A DNA stretch of 64,000 nucleotides from Polyangiaceae bacterium (lineage in GTDB: Bacteria > Myxococcota_A > Polyangia > Polyangiales > Polyangiaceae): assembly GCA_044222475.1 (NCBI GenBank), contig JBGANF010000004.1, forward strand, positions 32,001-96,000, in the 5' to 3' direction. Numbering within the stretch: position 1 is the first letter of the stretch; each line of letters opens with the position of its first letter. Positions 10,600 through 21,096 of this stretch are shown here, piece by piece. The notes below the pieces were generated by a model. The model worked only from the letters and a program-made list of their open reading frames with translations. It was not told where the DNA came from and did no database searches. A program made the position numbers and the translations under genes.

Positions 10600-11541
10600 A
10601 TGAAAGTGCGCTCGGATCTCTTCAGCGGCGTCCTCCCGTTCGTCCGCGCGGCGGAGGAGAAGAGCTTCGGCCGCGCGGCGGCGAGCCTCGGCGTGACGAC
10701 CGCGGCGGTGAGCAAGTCGGTGAAGAAGCTCGAGGACGACCTCGGCGTCCGCCTCCTCGATCGCAGCTCGCGCGTCGTCACGCTGACGCGCGAGGGCGAG
10801 GACTTCCTCGCGCGGTCGCAGCAAGCGGTGCTGAGCATCCAAGGCGCGCGCGCGGCGATGCAGGCCACGAAGCGCGAGCCGCACGGCGAGGTGTCGGTCA
10901 CCCTGCCCTTCATCCTCGCGCCGTTCGTCGTGCCGAACCTCGGCAAGCTCGCGGCGCAGTACCCGCGACTGTCGTTTCGGGTCGACATGAGCGACCGCGT
11001 CGCGCGGCTCGCGGTCGAGAGCTACGACGTCGCGATCCGCATGGGCGTCCTCGCGGACTCGACGTTGGTGTCGCGGCTGCTGCGGCGCACGCGCTGGGTC
11101 ACCGTCGCATCGCCGAGCTACCTCGCGCGCCACGCGGCGCCGAAGCACCCCGGCGATCTCGCCGACCACAACGGGTTGCGATTCGTCGGGCCCAACGGGA
11201 AGCCGCGCGTCTGGTCCTTCTCCGAAGGCGGGCGCGAGCTCTCGATCGAGGTGAAGGGGAACCTCTTGATCGACCACGGCGGGTACATGCTCCGCGCCGC
11301 CGAGTCCGGGTTGGGCGTGTGTCAGGTGCTCGACTTCATGGTCGAGCGCGAGCTCCGCGACGGAAGCCTGGTCGAGCTCCTCGCGGGGTTCTCGTCGAAG
11401 GGCCCCGACGTGCACGCGCTCACGACGTCGGCGCGGGCGAGCTCGGCCAACGTGCGCGCGTTCGTGCGTTTCCTCGTCGAGGCGCTGGCTACGGGCCCAG
11501 CTGCGGAAAGCTCGCTGGCCTCGGCGCGGGCTCGAGGGTGA
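10600..11541 (+). CDS. LysR family transcriptional regulator
   Basis: SFGRAAASLGVTTAAVSKSVKKLEDDLGVRLLDRSSRVVTLTREGE; divergent from the oxidoreductase. Alternative start 10585. Confidence 0.93.
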   Translation: MKVRSDLFSGVLPFVRAAEEKSFGRAAASLGVTTAAVSKSVKKLEDDLGVRLLDRSSRVVTLTREGEDFLARSQQAVLSIQGARAAMQATKREPHGEVSVTLPFILAPFVVPNLGKLAAQYPRLSFRVDMSDRVARLAVESYDVAIRMGVLADSTLVSRLLRRTRWVTVASPSYLARHAAPKHPGDLADHNGLRFVGPNGKPRVWSFSEGGRELSIEVKGNLLIDHGGYMLRAAESGLGVCQVLDFMVERELRDGSLVELLAGFSSKGPDVHALTTSARASSANVRAFVRFLVEALATGPAAESSLASARARG

Positions 11542-12244
11542 CGCACTCGTCGAGGGTGAAGACACCATGGTCGGGGTCGGCCTCGACTCCGGCCGAGCTC
11601 TTGGTGAACGTGAACGCGTAGTGACCCTTGATGCGGACCTTCGCGCCCACCGCGGGGAGCGGGTACGGAACCGAGCCGCCCCAGATCTCGTCGACGTAGA
11701 GCGAGGGCGGCGGCGCGGTCAGCGCCTTGTACTTCAGGTACGCCTCGTACACGTTCGGGAAGTTCGAGGCCCAACCCATCACGCGGAACTTCACCTCGCC
11801 CGCGCCGGTCTTGGCGTCGGCGACGGTGAACGCCGGGATCTCGGTCGAGCACCCCTTCGGGTCGGCGATGCCCGTCTTGTGCAGCGCGCACTTCGGAGCG
11901 CGCGGGAGGTTCGTGTCGACGATGTACCCGACGACGGTGATGCTCTTCGAGAGCTCGCCCGCGCCGAAGCGACTGTGGAGCGCGTGGAGCGCGCCGTACA
12001 CGGTGTACGCGTCGCCGACGCGCATCGGCGTGTCGGGCAACGTCGGCGGCGCCGGCACGTCGGGGCGAGCGCCGGACCACGCGGCGACCGGCAGGTACGG
12101 CGAGGCCGACGGGCTGCAAGCGACCGAAGGCGCGGCCGATGCGCCCGAGCTCGCGCTCGCGGTCGGCACGGGCACTTGGCTGACGCCGGGCGTCGCCGGT
12201 TGCCCGCACGCGACGAGGAGAGCGCAGCCGATCCACCGCTTCAT
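11489..12244 (-). CDS. Hypothetical lipoprotein
   Basis: MKRWIGCALLVAC lipobox, Pro/Ser-rich linker. Confidence 0.7.
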   Translation of the reverse strand: MKRWIGCALLVACGQPATPGVSQVPVPTASASSGASAAPSVACSPSASPYLPVAAWSGARPDVPAPPTLPDTPMRVGDAYTVYGALHALHSRFGAGELSKSITVVGYIVDTNLPRAPKCALHKTGIADPKGCSTEIPAFTVADAKTGAGEVKFRVMGWASNFPNVYEAYLKYKALTAPPPSLYVDEIWGGSVPYPLPAVGAKVRIKGHYAFTFTKSSAGVEADPDHGVFTLDECVTLEPAPRPASFPQLGP

Positions 12245-12267
12245 GCGCGCGATGATACCATCGGCGC

Positions 12268-13164
12268 ATGCGCATCCGAGCGGCGTCGGCGATGCTCGCG
12301 GTTTCGGTCCTCGCGACGAACGCGGGCGCGGATTGCCCCCGTCCCACCAAGGCGGTGGCCCTGGTGACGAAGGGCGACGCCTCGCTGTCGACCAACCTCG
12401 ACGACGCGATCGCGAGCTACGACGAGGCGCGGCAGCTCCAGCCCGACGACGCGGAGATCCTGTGGAAGCTGGCGGTCGCCTACAAACGCAAAGAGGACTG
12501 GGCGCACGTCGCGACGACGCTCGACCGCGCGTGCGTGCTCGCCCCCGATCACGCGAACTACTTCTTCCTGCGCGGCTACGCGCTCGAACGAATCGGAAGC
12601 TTCGCCGACGCGCGCGCTCCGCTCGAGAAGGCGATCGCGCTCGACGCGAACTACGCCGACCCCGAGTACGATCTCGCGGAGGTCCTGCTGCACCTCGGCG
12701 ACGAAAAGGGCGCGCTCGAGCACTACACGAAGGCGATCCAGAAGAACCCCGCCGAGCTCGTCTTCTACTCGACCCTCGCCGACCTCTACCTGCGCCTCGG
12801 CTTCCTCGATCACGCGGAGAAGACGCTGCGCGCTGGGATCCCGTTCGACAAGGGCGACGGCCGGGTCTTTGCGATCCACATGCTCCTCGGAGAGGTGCGC
12901 ACGCGGAAGAAGGATCCGGCGGGGGCCGTCGCCGCGCTCGAGGCCGCGAGGGTCTCCTGCGGGGCCTGCAACGAGCGCGGGCAGCAGATCATCTACTTCT
13001 CGCTGGGTGCGGCGTACGCGACGCTGAAGACGCCGAAGAAGGCCGAGGCGATCGAGAACCTCGTGACGTTCCAGAAGACGGTCTGCCGAGGCGCGGCCGC
13101 CGCGCGGTACGCCGACGAGTGCACCGAGGCCCAGGAGCTCCTGCGATCGCTGAACGGTCACTGA
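12268..13164 (+). CDS. Secreted tetratricopeptide-repeat protein
   Basis: Signal peptide; repeated TPR helices (AIASYDEARQLQPDDAE, ALEHYTKAIQKNP). Confidence 0.85.
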   Translation: MRIRAASAMLAVSVLATNAGADCPRPTKAVALVTKGDASLSTNLDDAIASYDEARQLQPDDAEILWKLAVAYKRKEDWAHVATTLDRACVLAPDHANYFFLRGYALERIGSFADARAPLEKAIALDANYADPEYDLAEVLLHLGDEKGALEHYTKAIQKNPAELVFYSTLADLYLRLGFLDHAEKTLRAGIPFDKGDGRVFAIHMLLGEVRTRKKDPAGAVAALEAARVSCGACNERGQQIIYFSLGAAYATLKTPKKAEAIENLVTFQKTVCRGAAAARYADECTEAQELLRSLNGH

Positions 13165-14129
13165 AGGGGCTTGCAGCGCTTTTCGATCCGCGGCTGGGTC
13201 CCTCGAACGCGCGCGCGGAAGAGCGCCGTCGGCGACACGCGGAGCTCGCCGAACTCGTCGCCGGTCGTGGTCGCGAGCGTCTCGTCCGATCCTCCGGCCA
13301 GCGGCTTTCGAACCAGACTCGACTTGGTCGCGCCCAAGGAGAGCGCCACGTAGGCGAAGCTCGGATCCACCGCGAACCCGGCAAACGTCCCGACGTCCTC
13401 GCGGAGCTCCAGCGGGTTGCTCGTCCCGGCCTTCGAGCCGAGGCGTACGGCGACGAACGGTACGGGACCGTAGTTGAACCGGTCCCCGGCGACGTAGGCG
13501 TTCGTCTCGTCCACCACGATTCGGTCCCCGCCGCAGGCCTCGGTCCAAACGAAGCTCGGGGCGCCGCCGCCGACCGGGAGCCGCACGAGCTCGCAGGGCC
13601 GCGTGCCCGCGGTCATCACGTATACCCACGCTGGGTCGACGGCGAGCGCCGAAGCACCGGAAATTCCGCTCGCGAGGACGGTGACCTCGGTGCCCTCGAT
13701 GCGAACGAGTCGCGCACGCAAGAACCCGCTTCCGCTCTCGAGGTAGAAGAGCCCGGCCGCGTTCTTCGCGATGGCAACCGGGTGATCGACCGACGCGAGG
13801 ATCGTCGTTCGGGCGCCTTGCACGCGGTCGAACGCGAAGATTCCTGCGTCGCCCACCGCAAAGACCGTCTGCGCATCGACGGCGAGAGACACGACGCGCG
13901 TGCTGCCGATGCTTCCGAGCGTCCTCGTCCCACGCGAGTCGCGAACGGCGACGTCTCCGGTGACGGTGCCCCACAGCACGGCGTCTCCGTCGATCTCGAA
14001 CGTGCTCACGTCGTCCCTCGTGACGATGTCCTCGTCAGCGCACGGCGCGGACGGAGCCGGCTCGCTACGAATCGCTCCGCCGCACCCGAGGACGACCACG
14101 ACCGCGACGAAGCTCCACCTCCTGACCAC
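13158..14129 (-). CDS. Hypothetical lipoprotein, beta-propeller-like
   Basis: Lipobox VLGC; repeated LAVD..VF/Y blades. Confidence 0.65.
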   Translation of the reverse strand: MVRRWSFVAVVVVLGCGGAIRSEPAPSAPCADEDIVTRDDVSTFEIDGDAVLWGTVTGDVAVRDSRGTRTLGSIGSTRVVSLAVDAQTVFAVGDAGIFAFDRVQGARTTILASVDHPVAIAKNAAGLFYLESGSGFLRARLVRIEGTEVTVLASGISGASALAVDPAWVYVMTAGTRPCELVRLPVGGGAPSFVWTEACGGDRIVVDETNAYVAGDRFNYGPVPFVAVRLGSKAGTSNPLELREDVGTFAGFAVDPSFAYVALSLGATKSSLVRKPLAGGSDETLATTTGDEFGELRVSPTALFRARVRGTQPRIEKRCKPLQ

Positions 14130-14211
14130 GAGTCAGCGTTCGCCGAAGGTCTTCGTGCGTCAAGCACGACCTTCTCCGCCCTGGCGTTCGTGGCGAACCT
14201 GGCGGTTCTCT

Positions 14212-15243
14212 CTACCCGCCCAGCGTCCGCACCACCCGAGCGAGCGTCCGGAGCTCCGTCGCGAGAGCTCGCGGGCTCGGCAGCGCGCTCCCAGTGTGCC
14301 CGTACATGCCGGTCACGAGCAGCTCCGCGCTCGGCACGTGACGCGCGAGCTTGTCGGCCTCGTGCACCGGGATCACGTCGTCGTCGCGACCGTGCACGAT
14401 GGTGATCGGCGCACGGACGCGCGCGAGGTCGTCGGCGGGGCTCGTCCACGCAAAGTCGTCCTGGGACCGCGCGAGCGCTTCGTCGAGCACGACCTCGCCT
14501 CCGGGCGAAAGCGAGCACCCGAGAAGAAAGAGCTCCCGCTCCGCATCGCCTAGGCGTGCTGCGATCTCGTGCGCGATCGGATCGCGTGCGCCCTCGGCTT
14601 TGAGCTCCATCTTGCCCCACGTGCGCACCACCATCTCGCGCCACGCCTCGCGAACGACGTCGCGGTCGGCGCTCGTCTCGAGGTACGGCAGGAGGTTCAT
14701 GAACACGACCGGCGCGTTGAGCGGATCGCGCGCCTGCCCGGTGATCGCGAAGCGGATCGCGGCATCGAAGTCGAAGAACCCGCCGAAGAGGATCAACCGG
14801 CCGAGCGCGTCGGCGAACCGATGGTCGGCGGCGACCGCGATCGCGGGGCGCGACCCGAACGAGATCGACATCAGGCTCGGCTTCGCGAACCCGAGCGCCC
14901 GCGCGTCGTCGAGCGCGAGCGTGACGGCGGCGCCGAGATCGTCCTTCGTCGTCTCGGCCATGCGCAGCGCGAGGAAGTCCCGCAGCTTCGGGGCGATCAC
15001 CCGGAAGCCCGCGCGCGCGAGGACGCGACAGAACCGATCGAGCCTCGGATCGTCGGGCCCGAGGTAGTGCATCCCCTGGGCGACGACGTACACGCCTCGC
15101 GGCGACGTGTGTGCATCATACACATAGATGGACACCGGCCCGACCTGCACCTCGCGGCGCTCGACGCGCTGCGGGGTCCGCTTCTCCGCCCACGGACCGA
15201 GCCAGAAGGCCAGTGAGAGGCTGGAGGAGAGGTTCGCGGCCAC
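14212..15243 (-). CDS. Alpha/beta-hydrolase fold protein
   Basis: SISFGS elbow-like motif, IVHGRDDDVIP, terminal GH. Confidence 0.7.
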   Translation of the reverse strand: MAANLSSSLSLAFWLGPWAEKRTPQRVERREVQVGPVSIYVYDAHTSPRGVYVVAQGMHYLGPDDPRLDRFCRVLARAGFRVIAPKLRDFLALRMAETTKDDLGAAVTLALDDARALGFAKPSLMSISFGSRPAIAVAADHRFADALGRLILFGGFFDFDAAIRFAITGQARDPLNAPVVFMNLLPYLETSADRDVVREAWREMVVRTWGKMELKAEGARDPIAHEIAARLGDAERELFLLGCSLSPGGEVVLDEALARSQDDFAWTSPADDLARVRAPITIVHGRDDDVIPVHEADKLARHVPSAELLVTGMYGHTGSALPSPRALATELRTLARVVRTLGG

Positions 15244-15320
15244 GGGTTTCGTGCAATGGTATTCGAAGCTTGCGAATTTATCGTAGGGAGTTCGGTTCCC
15301 CTTCGTCCTACGAGACGACG

Positions 15321-17042
15321 ATGAAGAGAATCCTTCTCGGTTCCCTCGCCCTCGCTGCCGTCCTCGGCTTCGCGTGCGGCGGCGGGGCGCCGCGCCCCGT
15401 CACCCCCACCGTGTCTTCCGCCAGCGCGAGCGCGAGCGCGACCGTCGCCGCGGCACCGGCGCTCACGCCGGCCGACGTCGACGCGAAGCTCCACGACGCA
15501 TGGACCCAGAACGGGCTCACCGCGACCGCGAAGATCGACGACGGGCGGTGGCTGCGGCGCGTCTCCATCGACGTGATCGGCACGCTCCCCACCGCCGACA
15601 AGGTGCGCGCTTTCCTCGCCGACACTCGGCCCGACAAACGCGCGCGCGTGCTCGACGAGCTGCTCGCGTCGCCGGCGTATGCCGAGCACTGGTCGTTCTA
15701 CTGGGACGACGTCCTGATGACGCGAGCGCGCGCCGGCGGGCTCGACCGCATGGCGTTCCGCGCCTGGCTGCGCGCGCGCTTCGCCGAGAACATGCCGTGG
15801 GACAAGCTCGTCTACGCGCTCATCACCGCGACCGGGCAGAACAGCACCGGGGGTCCGCGAGCGAAGACCGTCGACGAAGCCGCTCCCGAGCTCGACGCAC
15901 CGGGCGTGAACCCCGCCGTCAACTACGCGCTCGAGTACCGGGACTCGCCCCAAGACTTCGCGGGCAACGCCTCGAAGACGTTCCTCGGCGTGCAGATCCA
16001 GTGCGCGCAGTGCCACGACCACAAGACCGAGCCGTGGAAGCAAACCGACTTCCAGAAATTCGCCGCGTGCTTCGCGCGGACCCAGCTCGTGCCGCTCGAC
16101 AAGGGCGCGATGGACAAGGGCGTCCCTCGGATCGAGGTTCGCGATCTCGATCGCCCGGCGCCGCGCTTCGCGAAGGACGCCGACATCGCGCCGATCACCG
16201 CGGCGAAGCCGACCGCGCTCGACGGCACCGCGATCGACGGGAACACGCGCCAGGGCGTCGCGACGTGGATCACGAAGAACCCCGGCTTCGCCCGTGAGAT
16301 GGTCGATCGGATGTGGGGCCACTTCCTCGGCCGCGGCTTCGTGAACCCGGTGAACGACATCCGGCCGTCGAACCCGCCGATCATGCCCGAGCTCGAGGAC
16401 GCGATCGCGAAGGACTTCGCGAGCCACGGCTACGATCTGAAGCGGCTCGTGCGGCTCGTCGCGCTCTCGGACGCGTACGCGGTGAGCCCCGGCAAGGCAC
16501 CCGACGGCGGCAAGCCCGACTACTGGTCGCGGTTCCACATGACGCCGCTCGGTCCCGAGGAGCTCGTCAACGCCGTGCTCGTCGCCACCGGCGCCGACGC
16601 GACGCTCGCGCGACGCGGGGACATCGACGAGGTGAAGGAGCGCATTCGCCGCGCAGCCGAGGTCGTCTTCGACGTGGACGAAGAGCTCGACGCTCCGACG
16701 TACCAGGGGACGCTCACCCAGGCGCTGACGCTCCTCAACGGGAAGATCGTCGCGACGGCGTCGAGCAGCTTGCCCGGGACGATGCTCCAAGCGCTCGTCG
16801 CCAACGCGTCGCTGACCGACGCGCAGCGGATCGAGACGATGTACCTCGCCGCGTACGCCCGCAAACCGCGAGCGGACGAGCTCGAGCGGTGGATGAAGTA
16901 CGTCGCGGACGCGCCCCCCGCCCCGGCGACCGCGCCGGCGCCGGGGAAGAAGCCGGCGAAGACCGCCCCGCCGCGCGTTCTCGCGCTCGAAGACGTGATG
17001 TGGACCCTGCTCAACTCGAGCGAATTTCTCTTCAACCACTGA
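15321..17042 (+). CDS. DUF1549/DUF1553 (PSD1-like) lipoprotein with CxxCH
   Basis: Lipobox GFAC; WLRRVSIDVIGTLPT, DKRARVLDELLASPAYAEHW, FLGVQIQCAQCHDH, WGHFLGRGFVNP, LLNSSEFLFNH. Confidence 0.9.
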   Translation: MKRILLGSLALAAVLGFACGGGAPRPVTPTVSSASASASATVAAAPALTPADVDAKLHDAWTQNGLTATAKIDDGRWLRRVSIDVIGTLPTADKVRAFLADTRPDKRARVLDELLASPAYAEHWSFYWDDVLMTRARAGGLDRMAFRAWLRARFAENMPWDKLVYALITATGQNSTGGPRAKTVDEAAPELDAPGVNPAVNYALEYRDSPQDFAGNASKTFLGVQIQCAQCHDHKTEPWKQTDFQKFAACFARTQLVPLDKGAMDKGVPRIEVRDLDRPAPRFAKDADIAPITAAKPTALDGTAIDGNTRQGVATWITKNPGFAREMVDRMWGHFLGRGFVNPVNDIRPSNPPIMPELEDAIAKDFASHGYDLKRLVRLVALSDAYAVSPGKAPDGGKPDYWSRFHMTPLGPEELVNAVLVATGADATLARRGDIDEVKERIRRAAEVVFDVDEELDAPTYQGTLTQALTLLNGKIVATASSSLPGTMLQALVANASLTDAQRIETMYLAAYARKPRADELERWMKYVADAPPAPATAPAPGKKPAKTAPPRVLALEDVMWTLLNSSEFLFNH

Positions 17043-17049
17043 GGATGCG

Positions 17050-18306
17050 ATGAACCGTAGAGATCTCCTCCGCGCCGGCACCGCCAGCTTCCTCGGTGCG
17101 CTGCTCGCACGCTACGCGGGTCCCCTTCCCGCCTTCGCCGACGGAGTCGCCCCCGCGACCGCGGCCACGCCGAGAGCGAAGAGCGTGATCCTCCTCTGGA
17201 TGAACGGCGGACCGAGCCACCTCGACACGTGGGACCCCAAGCCCGGCACCGCCACCGGCGGACCGTTCAAGGCGATCCGCACCGGTCTCACCGGCCTCTC
17301 GGTCTCCGAGCACATGCCGAAGATCGCCGCCGTGGCGAACAAGCTCACCGTGCTTCGGATGACGAGCAAGGAGGGCAACCACCAGCGCGCGCAGTACTTG
17401 ATGCACACCGGCTACGCGCCCAACCCGACGCTCGTGCACCCCGCGCTCGGCGGGTGGATGTCCAAGAAGCTCGGTGCACCGAGCGGCGGATTGCCGGCGT
17501 TCGTGAGCCTCGGCGGCCCGGCGTACGGCGCGACCGGAGGTTTCCTGGGCGTCCAGCATGGTCCCTTTTTGGTACCGACGGTGGGCGGCATCCCCGACAA
17601 CGCCGCTCCCACCGTCGACGCCGCGCGCTTCGAGCGCCGTCGCGCGCTCCTCGAAGCTCAGGACGCCGCGTTCTCGAGCGAGGTCGCCGGCGGCGTCGTC
17701 GACGATCGGCGTGCCGTCGTGGACGCGTCCGTGCGGCTCATGCGCTCTCCCGATCTCGGGGCGTTCGACGTCTCGACCGAGACCGCCGCGATCCGCGCGG
17801 CCTACGGCGAGACCGCGTTCGGCAAGGGCTGCCTCGTCGCGCGGCGGCTCGTCGAGCGCGGCGTGCGCTTCGTCGAGGTCGTGCTCGACGGGTGGGACAC
17901 CCACAAGGACAACTTCACCAAGGTGAAGTCCCAACTCGGGATCATGGACCCGGCGGTGGCCGCCCTCTTGAAGGATCTCGGCGACCGTCACTTGCTCTCG
18001 TCGACGCTCGTCCTCTGGATGGGCGACTTCGGGCGCACGCCGAAGATCAACGCCAACGACGGCCGCGACCACTGGCCCGGTGCGTGGACCGCGGTGATGG
18101 CGGGCGGCGGCGCCAAGCCCGGCGTCCTCGGCGCGACCGACGCGGAGGGCGCGAAGTGCGTCGGCAAGGCGTACACGGTGCCGGATCTCGCGGCCACGGT
18201 GGCAAAGCTCGCCGGGCTCGACCCCAACGAAGAGGTGATGACGCCCGTCGGGCGGCCCATGGCCGTGACCGACAGCGGCACGCCGATCCCCGAAGCGATG
18301 GCGTGA
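17050..18306 (+). CDS. DUF1501 domain protein with Tat signal
   Basis: MNRRDLL twin-Arg; WMNGGPSHLDTWDPKP, GWDTH, GDFGRTPKIN...GRDHW. Confidence 0.92.
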   Translation: MNRRDLLRAGTASFLGALLARYAGPLPAFADGVAPATAATPRAKSVILLWMNGGPSHLDTWDPKPGTATGGPFKAIRTGLTGLSVSEHMPKIAAVANKLTVLRMTSKEGNHQRAQYLMHTGYAPNPTLVHPALGGWMSKKLGAPSGGLPAFVSLGGPAYGATGGFLGVQHGPFLVPTVGGIPDNAAPTVDAARFERRRALLEAQDAAFSSEVAGGVVDDRRAVVDASVRLMRSPDLGAFDVSTETAAIRAAYGETAFGKGCLVARRLVERGVRFVEVVLDGWDTHKDNFTKVKSQLGIMDPAVAALLKDLGDRHLLSSTLVLWMGDFGRTPKINANDGRDHWPGAWTAVMAGGGAKPGVLGATDAEGAKCVGKAYTVPDLAATVAKLAGLDPNEEVMTPVGRPMAVTDSGTPIPEAMA

Positions 18307-18322
18307 GGTATGCTCGCGACCC

Positions 18323-19150
18323 ATGCGTCGCTTGCTGCCCGTCGTGCTGCTCCTCGCGGCGTGTAAAGAAGACCCGAGCGCGAAGCTGAACGCGGTGCGC
18401 GATCAGCTCGCGACGGGGTCGCCCACGTTCGACGACAAGCTGACCGCGTGCCCGACGGACGGGTCGTGCCTCGGGCCGCTCGCGAAGGACCTCGGCAGCG
18501 CCAAGGGCTACTCCGCGACGACCCCCGACCAAGCCTCGGTGGGCGCCGTGGCGGTGCTCGTCGCGCGCGACGGACACGGCGAGTGGGCGAGCGGACTCGA
18601 CGAGTGGATCTCGGTGATGCGCAAGGGCAAGGGCACCGGCGCGGACGCGCTTCGCCTCGCCGTCGGGCTGCGGCTCTCGAAGGTGCTGCCGACCTACGCG
18701 CACGCGTTGACCGAGGCCGAGCTCCCCTCGTTCTTCAAGGACGTCGGCCGTGCGATCCCCGGCTCGTGCAAGACGTACGCGCGCCTCGGCGACGGCGCGT
18801 CGGATGCGTCGCTCGCGATCGAGGACCAGAGCGATCACTCGCCGTGCGTGCAGAAGGACCTCGGGCGCGAAGGCGGACCGGGCGGCACGTACGGCCACGG
18901 CCCTTGGCGCGCGGCGGCCGGGCTCGTCGCGCTCGCGCGCGAGGTCGCCCACGCGATCGACGACGGCGCCGGCTTGATGAATGCAAAATACAAGCAACCG
19001 GTCGCCGACCGCGCCAAGTCGTCGCGCGAGGCGATCGGCAAGATCGTCCTCGTCAGCGTCGAGCAGCCGGCGGGTACGTGGCTCGGCCCCGACATGCTGG
19101 ACACCCACGGGGACGGCGGGCTCCACGGACGAGACGCCGGCAGCGATTGA
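18323..19150 (+). CDS. Hypothetical lipoprotein
   Basis: MRRLLPVVLLLAAC lipobox; follows the DUF1501 gene by 16 bp. Confidence 0.7.
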   Translation: MRRLLPVVLLLAACKEDPSAKLNAVRDQLATGSPTFDDKLTACPTDGSCLGPLAKDLGSAKGYSATTPDQASVGAVAVLVARDGHGEWASGLDEWISVMRKGKGTGADALRLAVGLRLSKVLPTYAHALTEAELPSFFKDVGRAIPGSCKTYARLGDGASDASLAIEDQSDHSPCVQKDLGREGGPGGTYGHGPWRAAAGLVALAREVAHAIDDGAGLMNAKYKQPVADRAKSSREAIGKIVLVSVEQPAGTWLGPDMLDTHGDGGLHGRDAGSD

Positions 19151-19168
19151 AATGATAACCTCCGGCGC

Positions 19169-19885
19169 ATGAACGGAAGACTCGTCTTCAGCGGTGCGGT
19201 GGCTCTCTCGATGGTCGTTCTCCTCGCCGCGTGCGGCAAGCCGAAGGCCGGCGGCGCGTGCAAGACCGAAGCGGAGGTGAAATGCACGGACGACAAGAAC
19301 GCGCTCGTGTGCACCGGCGGAAAGTGGGAGGCACTTCCCTGCCGCGGCCTCAACGGATGCATGTCGATGATGGGCTCCCCCGGCACGTGCACCAACGACG
19401 GGTTCAAGGAGGGCGAGCCCTGCCCCGACGACGAGGGAAACCCGGAGTGCAGCTCGGATCACAAGGCGTCGCTCAAGTGCGTCGACAAGCACTGGAAGAA
19501 GGTCAACGACTGCAACGGACAGCACGGCTGCGTGTCGAACGCTCAGGGGACGAACTGCGACATGGGGACGTCCGACGTCGGCTCGACGTGCACGAAAGAG
19601 AACGAGGGCAACGTCGCGTGCTCACCGGACAAGAAGAGCGAGCTCGTCTGCGAGAAGGGCAAGATGATCGTCATGTCCGAGTGCAAGGGCCTGCACGGCT
19701 GCCGTCAGCTCGGCGACAAGCTGGACTGCGATCGATCCCTCGCCGACATCGGCGACGCGTGCAGCGCAGCCGAGAAGGCGTGCAACCCGACCAAGAAGAT
19801 GCTGCTCACCTGCAAGGACGGAAAGTTCGCGAAGTCCAAGGACTGCTCGTGCGCCACCTTCGTCGACAACGTGCAGTGCATGTAG
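19169..19885 (+). CDS. Cysteine-rich repeat lipoprotein
   Basis: Lipobox LAAC; repeated C-x-G-x-x-G-C and CSxDxK modules. Confidence 0.8.
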   Translation: MNGRLVFSGAVALSMVVLLAACGKPKAGGACKTEAEVKCTDDKNALVCTGGKWEALPCRGLNGCMSMMGSPGTCTNDGFKEGEPCPDDEGNPECSSDHKASLKCVDKHWKKVNDCNGQHGCVSNAQGTNCDMGTSDVGSTCTKENEGNVACSPDKKSELVCEKGKMIVMSECKGLHGCRQLGDKLDCDRSLADIGDACSAAEKACNPTKKMLLTCKDGKFAKSKDCSCATFVDNVQCM

Positions 19886-19888
19886 CGG

Positions 19889-21064
19889 TCACTTCGGCGC
19901 GAACACCGACGACGCCGAGTCGACGCCCTTGAGCTCGAACGTTCCGAGGACCTCCGTCGGGTGGGTCGTCTTCGCGGCGAACGCCGCCGAGAGGACGATG
20001 GGGCGGCCGAGCTTCCCAGTGAGTCCTTCGAGGCGGGCGGCGAGGTTCACCGCCGGCCCGATCGCGGTGAAGTCGAGGCGACCGCGCCCGCCGATGTTGC
20101 CGTAGGCGACGTCGCCGACGTGCAGGGCGAGACCGAACGCGAGATCCTTCCGAAGCGCGGTGAAGGCCGCTTGAGCCTCGAACGCCGCGGCGAGCGCCGC
20201 GTCGCACCGCTGGACGACCTCCTCGACGATCGGCGACCCGTCGGCCGCGCGGGAGCGCGGCCCTTCGGCGTCGAGAGAGAAGATCGCGAGCATCCCGTCG
20301 CCGATGAACTTGAGGACCTCGCCGCCGTGCTTCTCGACCGCAGCGACCTGACACTCGAACACCTGGTTGAGCGCGTCGATGACCTCGCGCGCGGATGCGC
20401 GCTGCGACAGCTGCGTGAACCCGCGCAGATCGGAGAACCAGATCACGGCGTGGATGTCCTCGATGTCGCCGCGCTTGATCTGGCCGGCGAGGACGCGATC
20501 ACCGGCGTTTCGTCCCACGTAGGTGCTGAGCAGGTTCCCGGCGGTGCGCCGTAGCGCGAGGATCTCCGCGAGCCGCGCGAGCGGGCGGCAGACGCGTCGC
20601 AGCGACGCGACGTCTTCGTCGCGAAATCCGCCCGGGCGCTTCGTCGCGAACGTGATCGCGTGACCGTCGCCGGTCGTGAAGACCATCGGTAGCGCGAGGT
20701 AGTCGGTGAACCCTTCGGCCTCGAGCTCGGCGACGACCGCGAAGTCTCGCGGCTCGGTTGGATCGCAGATGCGGCGGCGAATCTCGACGCGCTCGCGGTA
20801 GACCTTGGCCACCGGGCTCTGTTGGAAGACCTCGCCCTGGAGGAACGCGTGGCCGATCTCGCGGACCTGGGCCTTCTGGCCCTTCACCCAGGTGAACCCG
20901 CGCCCGAACACGTCGGGGTGGAGCGTGCTGACGAAGGCGCCGATGCGCTCGACGTCGACGCCGCCGCGGTTGAGATCCTCTCCGATGCGCGTCACGACTG
21001 CATCGGAGGAGCCGGCGCCGGGCGCGCCATCGACCAGCCACTCGAAGAGACCATCGACCGACAT
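19889..21064 (-). CDS. Class III adenylate/guanylate cyclase (likely adenylate)
   Basis: FSDLRGFT, KFIGDG, GLALHVGDV, DFTAIGPAVNLAARLE; start MSVDGLFEW. Confidence 0.92.
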   Translation of the reverse strand: MSVDGLFEWLVDGAPGAGSSDAVVTRIGEDLNRGGVDVERIGAFVSTLHPDVFGRGFTWVKGQKAQVREIGHAFLQGEVFQQSPVAKVYRERVEIRRRICDPTEPRDFAVVAELEAEGFTDYLALPMVFTTGDGHAITFATKRPGGFRDEDVASLRRVCRPLARLAEILALRRTAGNLLSTYVGRNAGDRVLAGQIKRGDIEDIHAVIWFSDLRGFTQLSQRASAREVIDALNQVFECQVAAVEKHGGEVLKFIGDGMLAIFSLDAEGPRSRAADGSPIVEEVVQRCDAALAAAFEAQAAFTALRKDLAFGLALHVGDVAYGNIGGRGRLDFTAIGPAVNLAARLEGLTGKLGRPIVLSAAFAAKTTHPTEVLGTFELKGVDSASSVFAPK

Positions 21065-21096
21065 GATCGGAGAGTAGAGAGAAGGCGTTCGGGCGG

